The notes under the pieces: generated by a model
What the model saw: the letters and a program-made list of their open reading frames with translations, nothing else
Databases searched by the model: none
What the model was told of the DNA's origin: nothing
Translations under genes and position numbers: made by a program
Shown: piece after piece, positions 27,387-39,232 of the stretch
Numbering within the stretch: the stretch's first letter is position 1
Layout: each line of letters starts with the position of its first letter
Origin: Gordius albopunctatus
Lineage: Eukaryota
Length of the DNA: 64,000 bases
Reading direction: 5' to 3'
Assembly (NCBI GenBank): GCA_964276515.1
Contig: OZ193909.1
Span: forward strand, 5,456,001-5,520,000

Positions 27387-30045
27387 ATCTCAATACTACG
27401 AAAAAAAATTATAAGACGTGAAATCGATTGCTGAAATGTTATTTTTTAGAATATGTAGGTTTAATTGTGATAAGGGCCTACCTAAATTTAAATAAATCTT
27501 GATTTTAGTTTATTTTATCTTAAGGTAAATTTTATAGCATTAATACATATATAAAATTAAACCATAAATTGACCGTTAACAATTTAATTATAATATATTA
27601 AATTACATACGTAAAAATTTAAGGTTTCGCTATAAAAGAAAAACGTATTTTAAAATTACGAAATTTTCTCAAACTAACACGTTTCTCTTTACAGGTATTA
27701 CACGACTTTTAAAAATAATTATTTAAAAAAATCCATGATATAGAATATTTTTATAGAATCATGCTCTCGGGTCAATTTTCAGTGTTTTTTATTGTAGAAC
27801 GTTTGAACCTCACTTTTTGTGGATAATGGGGTCATATTATAGCCCATCATCACCACGGCAACGCATAAAATTTTTTATTTTCAAATGCGAACACCTCTTC
27901 AATTGAGAAGATTACCTTCGCTCATCGCTTGCCAGCATGATGATAACTGTCAAATAAATGCTCCTTTTATATTTCCAAGAATTGGATATTTAAGCCATGG
28001 TGCTAGGGTAGGGGGCGAGATTGTTATGTTTGGCCTATTAGCATAATTTATGCGTAAAAATGAGCTTTTCTATGTGTATCATCATAACAACATAAATTTA
28101 ATTTTTTAAAGCTACCATTACACCTGTCATAAAAATAAGTATTTTGAAACACAAATGTAAACATATTATTTAAATTTAAAAAATACTCAACCTATCTTAA
28201 GAGGTAAGCAAATTAATTATTTTTTAAATATAATATATTCGTTAAATTCGCATAAATTTTTCGATTTATGTGAGGGGGGGCGGGCAACTATCAACAATTA
28301 AATCTAGAAATCATTTGTTTCTAAAATAGCTAATAATTTGAAATAGGGAAAAACCATAATTCACGGGGCATAGGTTCTGGTAAAGAGGGAGTTTAAAAAA
28401 ACGGTCACAAGGGGGGCAAAATATGACCATGACATGTTATTTCGCTTTTAAGGCTCTTTTTTACCTGTTTTTATGCCGGTTGGGCCTAAAGGTCAAAACA
28501 AACCATTCCGTTTATCTGTGGCCATAATAGAAATTAAGGGAAGTTCAACCTTGTGATTAATGTTTGTTTATAAGGATCCTACAATTTAAAGACACGTAAA
28601 AAGTAGTTTTAAACTTAGGAGATAACAAAATATGTTGTATCCTATGATGAAGTTGCTAGTAGGGGCTTACATTTATTTGCTGTGTAAAGCAGTTTACATC
28701 TAAGTGCTAGTAGTAACGCTATCGTCCCCAGAGCAAATATTGCTGATGCTTATCAAACAATTTTTGTGAGCCCCAAAAACAACGCTACCTCATCTCCTTT
28801 ACCAAGAATAGGAAAAAAATACGAATCAACACAATTCTCAAGTCGTCTTCTCAGTTGGGGCCACGGTAACCTAAGACGGCGCGATACTCAATTTTTCAAA
28901 AATTGTACACTTACGGCCGCCCTAAAAATTTCCAACGTTAGGCGGATAAAAATTTGTAAGCAAATATTTGTCTAAATTCGTTATCTCTTATTTGCTTCCA
29001 ATAAACAAATTGTCCTATAATTGAAGGTTTTATTTTTTGTGTAACCAATGTGCTCTAATAACCTCAATAATTTAGGGCCTACAGTCCATTTTAATTAAAA
29101 TCGATCTAAGCGTGACTAACGAGAGGGACGTATACAAGTTTATTATTTTCACTATTAGTCGCTATAAATAAATAACATCACACATATTAAAACCTGATCG
29201 TAAAATGTGTTGGCTCTCTTTAAAATTCGGTAGAAGGGGGGAGTGTGGTGGGAATACAAAAGAGATCATGTCGGACGTAACCATTGCACAATCATCCTTT
29301 ATATTTCGTTGTTGTTTCAATTATGATTTTTAATAAAGAAAATAAATATCAAAATAAATTCAATATAAAATTGCGAATTTATCATCTAATAAATTAACAA
29401 AAATTAAATTTAACAATAAAGATGAGTTTTATATCATATTTGATAGAGGAGTGTGGGAAGGGGGAAGAGGGGTGTGTGACATAAAATTTGTAATTTCTCA
29501 TATATCTCCGCATATAGGATCTCAAGTAATTTGTAATGGTTATACCACAGATATATATATATTAATTATAATTATGGTGTATTATTATTTGACATGATAC
29601 CAGATAAAAATGTTGGCTCTATACATTGAGAAAAAAAATTGCATAATTAAATCACAGACGTAGTAAAAGTTGAGGAAAAGAGAATGGGGAACAGAATCAT
29701 TGTCCAACAGATAAAACATATCATCTAACTAAACACGTCGACTACTCTAACTGTGTGTTATCCCTAACTAATTGTACGTGCATGCATATCTATATATATA
29801 TATGTACGCTATAGAAGTAATACAAAAAGAGGGGGGGGGCCGGTCGGGTGTTCGTTTTTGCATACGGAGATGATAACACGTTTTAGACACGTTATTCGTG
29901 GTCGGTGTAGGTTGACAAGTGCGTAGTATGTATCAAGACTAAAAATGTGAGTGAAAAAGAAAGCGAGGGGAGGGGGCATAACAATTAAAAAGGGGGAAAG
30001 GAGGAGCTAGTTAAAACACAGGGTGCTCGTGGCGGCGGTCCCAAG

Positions 30046-31461
30046 TTATTTGGCCACTAAGAGGTGTTGGAGATTGTTGGTGATGATATCGAGTCCATTA
30101 TTGAGCCCGTTGCTTCTGAAATCGTAGGAGGAGGAGGAAGGGGGCGAGGAGGTGTTGGCGTTATTTGTTGGTTGTTCATTGCTACACTGCCCCACACCGC
30201 TGATATTAAGCTTGTAAGAATGGTGGTGGTCGTTGTTGTAATAAGTAAGAGAGGGGGATGAAGTTGAGGAGAGCAGCATCGTGGGTTGAGATTGAGTATT
30301 GTCGTTGTTAATATCGTGATTGTAGTCCTCCATCAATCCAGATGATGCCTTTGGTGAGCCTGGTACTATCCTACCCGCTGCAGCCGTTGAATGGTGTTGA
30401 CCACCGGTGTTAAAGTAGACCGTTTGAGATGATACAGGATGCTTGTCGTAAAATACGGCGTTTGGGAATGATGAAGTCACTTGTTGTTGTTGACTAAAGC
30501 CACCGTGGCGGTAAAAGTCGTCGGGCGAGGACGAGTCGTTAAAATATCCGGTCGAAGGGGGGCTGGGAGGTGAGAATGTGATACCTCGGCGAATAGCTCC
30601 AGCTCCGCCCATTTGGTGGGATTGGTAGAAGGGAGGCGAGGTCGAAGAAACTTTAGGAGGGCCCCCACCCCTTTTGCCCCCGCCGCCTCTGCTGCTAGTG
30701 TACTGGTGATGATGATAACCATTCGTTTGATGGTACTTGGAATGGGGCCCGGCGCTGCCCCCCATGAACTTGGGTACGTGTGTCGTCGAGGGGTAGTGGT
30801 GCTGAAACTGAGGGGGTGGGGTGAGCGCTAGGTAGGGAACGACGGGGGGAGGAGGAGCCATACCCCCCGAATGCCTACCACTCTGGTGCTGACCTCTACC
30901 ACCGTGGTGCTGTTTATTGTTGCCGTAATAATGCTGTTGTTGGTGAGGACTGCCCGCTTCGTGATGGTGATAGGTAACTAAGCCTTCGGAGGTTTCGGGG
31001 CCCCCATTGATTGAGTAATCCTGGTATTCGTACCCAGTGAGAAGAGTTCCCGGTGCCCCTGAGAAAGGGGTGTCGCCTAAGGCCGAAGGTGGTGGGCCGT
31101 TACTAGGGGCGGCAAAATTAATGAGTGTCTTCACGGTCCCGTTTTCACCGATGCGATAGGACACTTCGTGGGGATCGACCCAAATGCTAATGTCGCTGGT
31201 TAGCGTGTCTCTCAGCTGATCAGGGTCCAAGCCCGCGTCGGTACAAGCGCGTTTCACGACGTCGTCCATCTTGGATTTTCCCAGGGTGAGGCAACGGAAG
31301 GCGGAACCCTTGCAAGGGCGCTCCGGATACCAATGTCCTTGGAATCGGGCGACCAAGTGATTAGTCAGATGGCGAGAAAAAGTGCAAATCTTGCTCTTGG
31401 GAATTTTGTTGTGAAGGAACGAAACCAAAAACTCCAACGCTATCTGGATTTCGTTGTGCAT
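30046..31461 (-). CDS. Tob: Tob (BTG/Tob antiproliferative family) protein, 471 aa, single coding exon
   Basis: MHNEIQIALEFLVSFLHNK start, box A HWYPERPCKGSAFRC, box B ISIWVDPHEVSYRIGENG, Tob-like C-terminus QHLLVAK. Probable 5' UTR intron at about 31802-31606. Confidence 0.93.
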   Translation of the reverse strand: MHNEIQIALEFLVSFLHNKIPKSKICTFSRHLTNHLVARFQGHWYPERPCKGSAFRCLTLGKSKMDDVVKRACTDAGLDPDQLRDTLTSDISIWVDPHEVSYRIGENGTVKTLINFAAPSNGPPPSALGDTPFSGAPGTLLTGYEYQDYSINGGPETSEGLVTYHHHEAGSPHQQQHYYGNNKQHHGGRGQHQSGRHSGGMAPPPPVVPYLALTPPPQFQHHYPSTTHVPKFMGGSAGPHSKYHQTNGYHHHQYTSSRGGGGKRGGGPPKVSSTSPPFYQSHQMGGAGAIRRGITFSPPSPPSTGYFNDSSSPDDFYRHGGFSQQQQVTSSFPNAVFYDKHPVSSQTVYFNTGGQHHSTAAAGRIVPGSPKASSGLMEDYNHDINNDNTQSQPTMLLSSTSSPSLTYYNNDHHHSYKLNISGVGQCSNEQPTNNANTSSPPSSSSYDFRSNGLNNGLDIITNNLQHLLVAK

Positions 31462-32016
31462 GTCGCAAACGCTTTAGTTAGTTTCCGAAAATGTGGTCTC
31501 TTAGCTAGAATGGACGAGTTGAGATTGTTGTGTGGAGTTGAGCAAAACGTAGGGTTCGTGGTAAAACTTTGAAGCGGTGCGATTAAAATGATCGTTAACG
31601 GTGATCTATACGCAAAAATAGTAATAATTTTGGCTTAAATACAAATTCTCAGCAGAAAATATAAATGTATGAGCTGAGGCGATATATGCACGTCAACAGA
31701 ATCTTATTCAATAAAAGGTAATATTACGCAATAAAACAACTTATATAAACATTTATAATAAAAAAAACTTGCCAAATCTAGCCAAAATTTACAATTTATT
31801 ACCTTTGGTTACAATCTATCCACAAAGGAACACTTAGAATTTTCTAGAATAAAATCGCTATTCGACGCAGTTGGCCGCGAGGAGAGAAAAACAAATTATG
31901 AACCTCGGGAGAGAGAGAAAGAGAGATATAAAGGAGAGGGAGATAAATAAATAATACAGGGGGGGGGGGATAAGGCGAAGCCCGCCTCCTTTCATCTAGC
32001 GCTTTTGCGTCACAAA

Positions 32017-32024
32017 TGACGTCA
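32017..32024. promoter_or_regulatory. Full cAMP-response element (TGACGTCA) upstream of Tob
   Basis: Perfect palindrome with an adjacent CGTCA half-site (about 32008-32012), just upstream of the probable first Tob exon; function is inferred. Confidence 0.45.
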
Positions 32025-33368
32025 CATTCAGCCCTTTTTGCGTGGGGCTGTTATGGTGGCACTGGTTTATTAAAATTGCATTATCGATTTTTTGAGCTCA
32101 TTAAACGAAAACTTTGCTTACCGAAAAGCGATAAATGAACGCAACGTCATAGAAGACTAAATTAATATTTAAAATATACACTAATCATTTATTATTTTTA
32201 AAAAATACATAACCAAAGAAATGAATAAAAATAATTTATTTCGATATATTAAAGCTATAGTGAATATTATTTACTAAAAATAAATTATGGGCAAATGTGC
32301 GCTAAAGACTTGTGCATTTTTACCAAACAACCATTCCTTTAGCTTAGTTTCTAAATATAAATGTGAGGGTCTAAGGTGTGATTAAACGTAAAACTGTTGT
32401 CAATCAAAGGCAAAAAGGTTAAATTATAGTTTGTATCATAGAGCTCACTTACATAATAATAATATCCCTATGCAATTCGTATTTCGTGCCATTTAGCCCC
32501 TTAAAACGCGTTTTTTACAGAAGATATGGCAAGCTCTTTTCCAAGTCAAACATTCGTTCGTTATATTTTAAAATGGGAAACCAAAAAAAGATATGATTTT
32601 AAATATTTGTTTTGAATTTTAAAACCTTGAAATTGCATACGAGCGAGCTATATACTTTTTTTTGCCAAGGACGCTTTTATCAAAGAATTTTTATATATAA
32701 ATGAATGCTGGTAAAAAGGTTTTCACTATCATTTAATAATTCCAATAATTAAATAAAAATCGACAGATAATTAAATGTTAAGAAATAGGATAGTACTTTA
32801 ACGTGAAGCTATGTTTAAATTCTTATTAAATAGCGGCATATATTACCTAAGCCCACTAATTTTAAAACCGAAATCATTAGAAAAAAACAGTTAGTGTTTA
32901 TATAAACATTTATTAGATCCAGTGGGCACGCTAAATTAGAAATCATGGAAAATGTGTTCATGTGGTTTCCATTTGATTGAAGAGAGGGCTTAAAAAGGCA
33001 GCAGGTGGGGGAGGGAGGGAGGGAGAGATGGGGCACAGAAACGAATAAAGGACGCGAGTAGTATCGCGGTACGCTATTTTCACGATTTATTTGACATTTT
33101 AAATCAGATCGTCCTCATATATAAAGGGAGATAATTAAGCAGGTGCGCACAAAATTAACGTACCTTGACATTGGTGTGATAATTGAAGGGATAATGGGGA
33201 CGCCCGGAAGAGGGTCAACTCAACTGCCCCCCCCCCTTACCCTCACCGTCTACCCCTAAATTAATAGGGGGAAGGGGGGCAAGCAAGTGTCTGTCTATAC
33301 ATAACGGTCAGTTTGGTTAAAAATAGTTCATATTTTGCCGTTTTAATGTGTAATTAGTGGAAAGACGT

Positions 33369-33504
33369 CATGGACGTAGCCAGTATTGGAGGCGACAATA
33401 ATGATTTAGGGAGGGTTTTTTTAATTTTAGCAATAATTTTAATAAATTTCAAAAGATGTGTGGATTTAGAGGGGGCAGCCGCCTCCCCCCTTAGCTACGC
33501 CCTT
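33369..33504. mobile_element. hAT-type MITE family A (older copy)
   Basis: CATGGACGTAGCCAG...GCTACGCCCTT; degenerate flanks AAAGACGT/AAAACCGT. Further partial copies at about 2065-2161, 6381-6540 and 53376-53598 (the last apparently two nested copies). Confidence 0.7.
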
Positions 33505-34409
33505 AAAACCGTGATGCTTCACAAAAATATACGAGTCGAGCTACGAAAAGCAAGGTAAAGGGGGTGTTAAATTCTAAAGATGACAACAAACAAAGGAGAG
33601 AAATAAGGGCGATGCTAAGGCATACGCTTCTCGCATTTCGTCATTTTACCTAGATTACTTACTATTACAATACAAGTTAACTACAATACAATACTATGTA
33701 TTAACACAATGATACCTAGGTAAAAAAGGGCACACACACACCAAAGGACACAATAGGGAGGTGTGAAGTGGGCAAGTCGCGAAGGGGTTCTCGATTTATA
33801 ATCCCCTTCAATCTTCCTACTTCCACTCCTCTACACTTTTATTTGAAAGGAGTTACTGGGGTTAGGAAAAACTTGAGATTTAATATAGATAAAAATTAGG
33901 AAAGAAAAATAAAATACTATGCACCTCATGTGATGGGGGGGGGGGGGGTGGAGAAGAGAAACAATAGAGAATAATGCAATTCGCATTTTGACGTGATAAT
34001 AAACATCAATTACTCTTTATAGCACAAAGTATCGAGGTTGCTTTCAAACAAGGTTTAAGAAAGAATAATGCCCTAGTAATTATTCGATACAAAATGGAGA
34101 GATATGCATTTGCATAAATGTAAAAGGGCTTCCTTTTTAAAACAGGGCATTTTAATTGCAACGTCTACACACAAAAGCAGTGGGAGACGAGTTTTTCTGA
34201 TATATAGCCAACTTAATGGGACACCAAGGCTAAAGATCATATCAAAAATGTTTTATTATAAAAAAAAGGCATACAATATTGTAGAAATTGATTTTATTTA
34301 ACGGCGATAGAGGGGGTGATTTTGATTTGTCGTTAAATAATAACAAAAAGCACCACAACCACGATACCAAAAGATTATTTATTTTCCTTGAATTATATAA
34401 AGGGCGCGA

Positions 34410-35819
34410 TCATAATTGACAGCTTTGGTGATGGCGTGGAAAGGGGGTAGCATCTCGTATATTGGTCAAGCCGAGGAGGTTCATGACCAGCCTATCGTAA
34501 CCAAGCCCAAATCCGGCCAGCGGTGGGTATCCAAATCGCCTCAACTCTAGGTACCAATTCAAGGGGTGATTCTCCGTTGTAGTTTTTGTTTGAGCCGATA
34601 TATTATCCCTTAAAGTTTGGTAATTTCCTTCCCTCAGGGTTCCCCCACAAATTTCACCCACATCGGGCATTAATAAATCCAAACTGCTGGCCAAATTTTG
34701 TGTTTCGCCGCCCTTTTTTTTAGCAGCGTAAAAAGGCTTGATAGAAACGGGAAAATCTAAGATAAAAAGGGGTTTTCCGCAGCAATATTCTGAGCTCAAA
34801 TAACGTTCGTGTTTTTTCCCCAAATCGGAGCCAACCGCGAACAAGGGATCGAAATGCTCTTTTATAATGGCAACGGCAGCGGTGTAGCTTAAAGTGGCAA
34901 AATCGCGATTCAAAACGTGCTTGTGACGCTCGTAAAAATCGATCTTAGCGCCGGAGTGCCCAATATTTATTTTATCGTAAGATTGGATAAAAGTTTTGGA
35001 ATCGGCTAATTTGCCGTAAACATACACCATTAGATCCTCCACCACATGAGCCAATTGATTAATGTTCGTGATTGGACATAGTTCGGCCTCTAACATTAAA
35101 AATTCCGCTAGATGGTGCCTAGTGTTAGAAGCTTCAGCACGAAATATAGGACCGAGAGTGTAAACTTTGGACAGGCCTGATGCGGCTAACGCTTCAAGGT
35201 GTAACTGGGCCGACACGGTTAGAAAAGTGTCGCTTTTAAAAAACCTTTTATTATCCTCCGAGAGGACTTTAAATATTTCGTTGGTTCCTTCGCAATTATT
35301 GGTAGTTATGATCGGGGTATTGACGTGCAAAAATTCGTTAGACCTAAAAAAATCATGAAGGGCAAACGTCAATTCATGTCTAGCTTTGAGAACGGCAGCA
35401 AATTTGTCTTGCCTAGCTCGTAAATGAGGATATTGGCGCAGGTATTCAAGTGTATGCTCTTCCTTGGCTTTAAATGGATAATTCAAAGAATCGCAAATGC
35501 TTATAAAATCTATATCCTGAGACTTAGCCTGCATTTCAATAGCCTGCCCGGGTGCTGAACTCTTTACTATTGAGCCTTTAACTTCAATGTAAGATCCAAA
35601 GGAAACCGTTTTAGCCAAGGAATCATTGGTCAATACAACTTGCAATGGGGTGAGTGTAGTGTTATCACATATATGGATAAAAGTATAATGTTTAACCTGC
35701 CTAATGGATTTAACCCATCCTGATATTTTAACCTTTTCACTAATATTAACTGAACTAATAGGTTTTTTAATATAAGAAACTACGCTACAATACAATCGGA
35801 CTTGGTTGAAAAAATACAT
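34410..35819 (-). CDS. NARS2: Mitochondrial asparagine--tRNA ligase, 469 aa, intronless CDS
   Basis: OB-fold anticodon domain (ISGWVKSIR..FIHICD), LEYLRQYPHLRAR, FLTVSAQLHLE, motif 2 FRAEASNTRHHLAEF, GGTLRE, WYLELRRFG, motif 3 GFGLGYDR, PFPR; short basic N-terminal presequence. Confidence 0.93.
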   Translation of the reverse strand: MYFFNQVRLYCSVVSYIKKPISSVNISEKVKISGWVKSIRQVKHYTFIHICDNTTLTPLQVVLTNDSLAKTVSFGSYIEVKGSIVKSSAPGQAIEMQAKSQDIDFISICDSLNYPFKAKEEHTLEYLRQYPHLRARQDKFAAVLKARHELTFALHDFFRSNEFLHVNTPIITTNNCEGTNEIFKVLSEDNKRFFKSDTFLTVSAQLHLEALAASGLSKVYTLGPIFRAEASNTRHHLAEFLMLEAELCPITNINQLAHVVEDLMVYVYGKLADSKTFIQSYDKINIGHSGAKIDFYERHKHVLNRDFATLSYTAAVAIIKEHFDPLFAVGSDLGKKHERYLSSEYCCGKPLFILDFPVSIKPFYAAKKKGGETQNLASSLDLLMPDVGEICGGTLREGNYQTLRDNISAQTKTTTENHPLNWYLELRRFGYPPLAGFGLGYDRLVMNLLGLTNIRDATPFPRHHQSCQL

Positions 35820-36799
35820 TATAGCTAATTAATACACATCTATAACACGTTTCAAAATTTTGTTAAACTCTATTAACTGATTTAATAAAATATTTATAGG
35901 TATTTCTTACTTTATAAAGAATCGTGAAGGTCCTTTCCATACAGAATTTTGTAGTAATTATGTGGTAGTGTTGGGGCCATGGATGTGGTAATAAAATCAA
36001 ATTAAATTTGAAAATTAAAATTTACCTTCACACCTAAAATGTTGTATTATAAAAGTCTGTTAACTAGGCTACAATATACATATAAGCTTTTATATAAAAG
36101 CACTTTGCGATTTAAAAATGAATTTTGAATATACTCTTACAGAATCCTAAAATTTAATACATTGGTGGCGGATCTATGTCATTAAATAATTTTTAAGTAG
36201 AAGATATAACATATATATGGTGTAACCTTTATAATTACAGTTACATCTTAAAATAAAAAGCCACTTAATTTTATTGTGTTTAATTTATAAGACCATTTGA
36301 AAGTCAGAATTATAATTAAGATATTTGATATTATAAATTGTACTCCTCTGTTAGTAGTAAAGATATTAAAATACAGTATGGCATAAACGTAGAGATTTGT
36401 GGCTTATATTTAGCAGTTAATGAGTTAGATAAGAATATCCATGGTCATAGATATAGGCTAAGAATTTGATTATATTAAAACAATTCTATAGCATTATACA
36501 CCTCATTTCATATAGTTAAACGTTTTATAATGTACTTAGCACAAAAGTCTGACAAAAATTGATGCATAAAGACATATAAATAAGAATTTATTGCGTCAAA
36601 TATTAAAAAACAACTAATCTCAAATTATACTATTGGTTTATTTGCAAATGTCGTGTTTTATAATTTATGTCGTACGTATAAATTCTATTAACACGATAAA
36701 TAGAAATTATCCATGGTAGCCAAATAGAGATGAATAACCAAATATATATATATATTATTTTATAATCTGATAGGGCGTCCAAGGGATTCTTTAGGCGAA

Positions 36800-37853
36800 A
36801 TCCTTCTATAATTTATTTTTATTCGCGTTTCTGGCAAAACATTCAAAGAATTCGGAGGAAATATTATTTGAAAATTTGCCAAAACTTGTTTCTTGTCCAA
36901 AAACCGTTCATTATCTTTGCATATCGAGGTTTCTTAAGTTCAAAATCATACAACTTAGCGTTAAGTTCGACCACTATTACTAAATTTTCTGCTAACTGTA
37001 TGATTTGCTGAAGATCTAGGTCCTTTTTTGCAATTTCTTGCATAATATCATAGACTAGATAGACTGCTCATGCCATATGTTGCATGTGGTTAATTGTGTG
37101 TCAAATTATCCTCCATTTTGAAGAGTGCAACTGGTGTATTTTAACCATGTAATTTTGCACTATAACGGTCAATTTATCTTCTTCACTAGTTTATAAATTA
37201 AAACCAACGTTAAAAAATTAATATTATACTAAATATTGATGGCGCTGTATTCTTAAACAAACTTTAATCGCAGTTTTTAAATTTTTATGTATTGTGAAAA
37301 TATTATTTATTTTAAAATGCTGTTTTTGATATCTACCCAATTTATTATTTTTTATTTACCTTTTTAAAATTAATTAATTTGCGAAATTGACTAATTTCTA
37401 TATGATCACCACTTTACCATGTTAATATCAAAATGGTGGAAAAGGGGTACAGATTTTGTGCGTTGATGAGCAGTCTATCTAGTCTATGCATAATATATTC
37501 AGATTGTCGTAGAGAAGTGAGCAAAGTTCCAGCTTCTGTCGCAACATCATGATCATATCAGCTTGCTTCAATTTCTCCTTACCTTATTTAGTTTCTCTTC
37601 CATTTCTGACAACATTTCAATTAAAACTTCATAACATTTGAATAGATTAAATGGATTGACACTTTTATTAGCGATTCATGGGGAATTAGCTCTTACCCCA
37701 GATGACGCTGGGAAAAGGAAAATATTAAATTATTTTATAACGACTTTCTTTATGTTTTATACGAGATTTTATGATTTTAATGCTGAAATAAAAATGTTAT
37801 TAAAAATTTTTGGAATTCCTCCCCCCTCGGAGAAAATCCTGGCTACGCGCCTG
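36800..37853. pseudogene. Rearranged remnant of a ZMYM1/PRKRIR-like hAT transposase
   Basis: Minus strand from 37637 reads YEVLIEMLSEMEE..DHDVATEAGTLLTSLRQSEYIMQEIAKKDLDLQQIIQLAENL once the MITE is removed. Plus strand from 37638 reads NRLNGLTLLLAIHGEL (hAT C-terminus) and ends in CCTGGCTACGCGCCTG. Confidence 0.6.
37049..37488. mobile_element. MITE family C (CATAGACT TIR, 8-bp TSD; P or hAT superfamily)
   Basis: Perfect 23-bp TIR CATAGACTAGATAGACTGCTCAT; perfect TSD CATAATAT. Confidence 0.9.
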
Positions 37854-38236
37854 GTGTAGATATTACTGACGTTTACACTCCTCGAACCTTACTAATACAG
37901 CATGGCAAGAGTGCAATATGGATTTGGGTGTTCGTATGGATCGTGAATTACGTTAGTGTGGATAAATTCTTAGTTAAATAATTTGCCAGATTTAAAATAC
38001 CACGTCCGATTGTGGGCAACAGCGGACCCAAGCTTAGGTCTAATGATTTCCAACTATTTCCGATGACAGCCATATTATATATCATGTTTAGTAAATTCCA
38101 AATCACGAGAGAGAGGATTTAGGCTTGAGATGTTATAGCTTGGTAGAAGAAATCAGATTCTGCTGGCTTTTACAAGACCTAACTCTCATAAAATTGGAAA
38201 GTTAAACACGACAAAAAACCATGCAACGTTAAAAAA

Positions 38237-39232
38237 GTGTTGTAGTTGCATATTACAGATGCCTCACACGCGTATTCCCCCCCCCCTTCCCCATCTATCT
38301 CCTCGATTAATGACGCGTAGTAAGTTCGGGTGTGGCGCCTGCGGGTGCGGCGTCTCTGACGCATTTTATTAATTCGGAGGCTTAATGCCTGTTATGACCT
38401 GTTTTTTTTCGCTTTATGCCGTATCACCTTTAATTAGGTTTGATGAGGTCCAGTTTCCTGGGTGGGCAAATTGCCCCTGCGCATAATATAGTTACATTTT
38501 CTGGGTAGTACCGAACGGTCGCATGGAATTATGAGAGGTAATACCATCGTTGTCAGGTCCAAGGTTGCCTTTATGGAGTTCATAGCTCCCAGGTGATTAT
38601 GGTAGGCGGAGTTGCATTTATGCGAGATACGGCTTATGACAATTTTTTACATTTAGTGATGTTGCTGGTGCCTATGTCGGCGCCGATAGCTGATATGTGG
38701 TATAGCGACGTCACCTTAATTTAACGGAAGTATCGTACGCTTGGTCGAGAGGCTAGCAGCTCTTATGGAAAAGCGGCCTAGACGACTTAGAGCGGCGAAA
38801 ATGTTTCTGTCTCGCTCTATTGGGGGAAAATCATCAAGGAACTATTTTCGGTTACGTTAACAAAAACAACTGGGTGAAGTATCTTATCCCGAACCCAACA
38901 ACGCCCGGATATATTGACACAAATTCCCTTCCCCCTAGAAAGCTTGAAGGGTATGGTGCGATTAAATTTTTATGGTCAACGATGAAATCAAATCGAGAAG
39001 ACCGAATCAGAAAACGATCTTGGAGACGTTCATCAAGACATTTCGATTCGCACGTCCGAACAATGGACAGCGGTCAAAAAACTCAAATCCGACGACCGTG
39101 CTTAGGAGTCAACAATCGTGTCGGAGGAGGTTATCTTGAAGGGTATGGTGTTGTAGTTGCATACTACAGATGGCTCACACGCGTATTCCCCCCCCCCCCT
39201 TCCCCATCTATCTCCTAGATTAATGACGCGTA
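38237..39232 (+). mobile_element. Decayed LTR-retrotransposon-like remnant with about 83-bp direct repeats
   Basis: Near-identical repeats 38237-38319 and 39148-39232 beginning (G)TGTTGTAG; purine-rich GAAGGGTATGG precedes the second; LPPRKLEGY resembles a Gypsy pol C-terminus. Confidence 0.4.

Noticed and set aside
38179..38364. Arg-rich ORF MRQRRRTRRRH resembling a viral capsid N-terminus
   Set aside because: Short, runs into the non-coding direct repeat, and no other viral gene is nearby.
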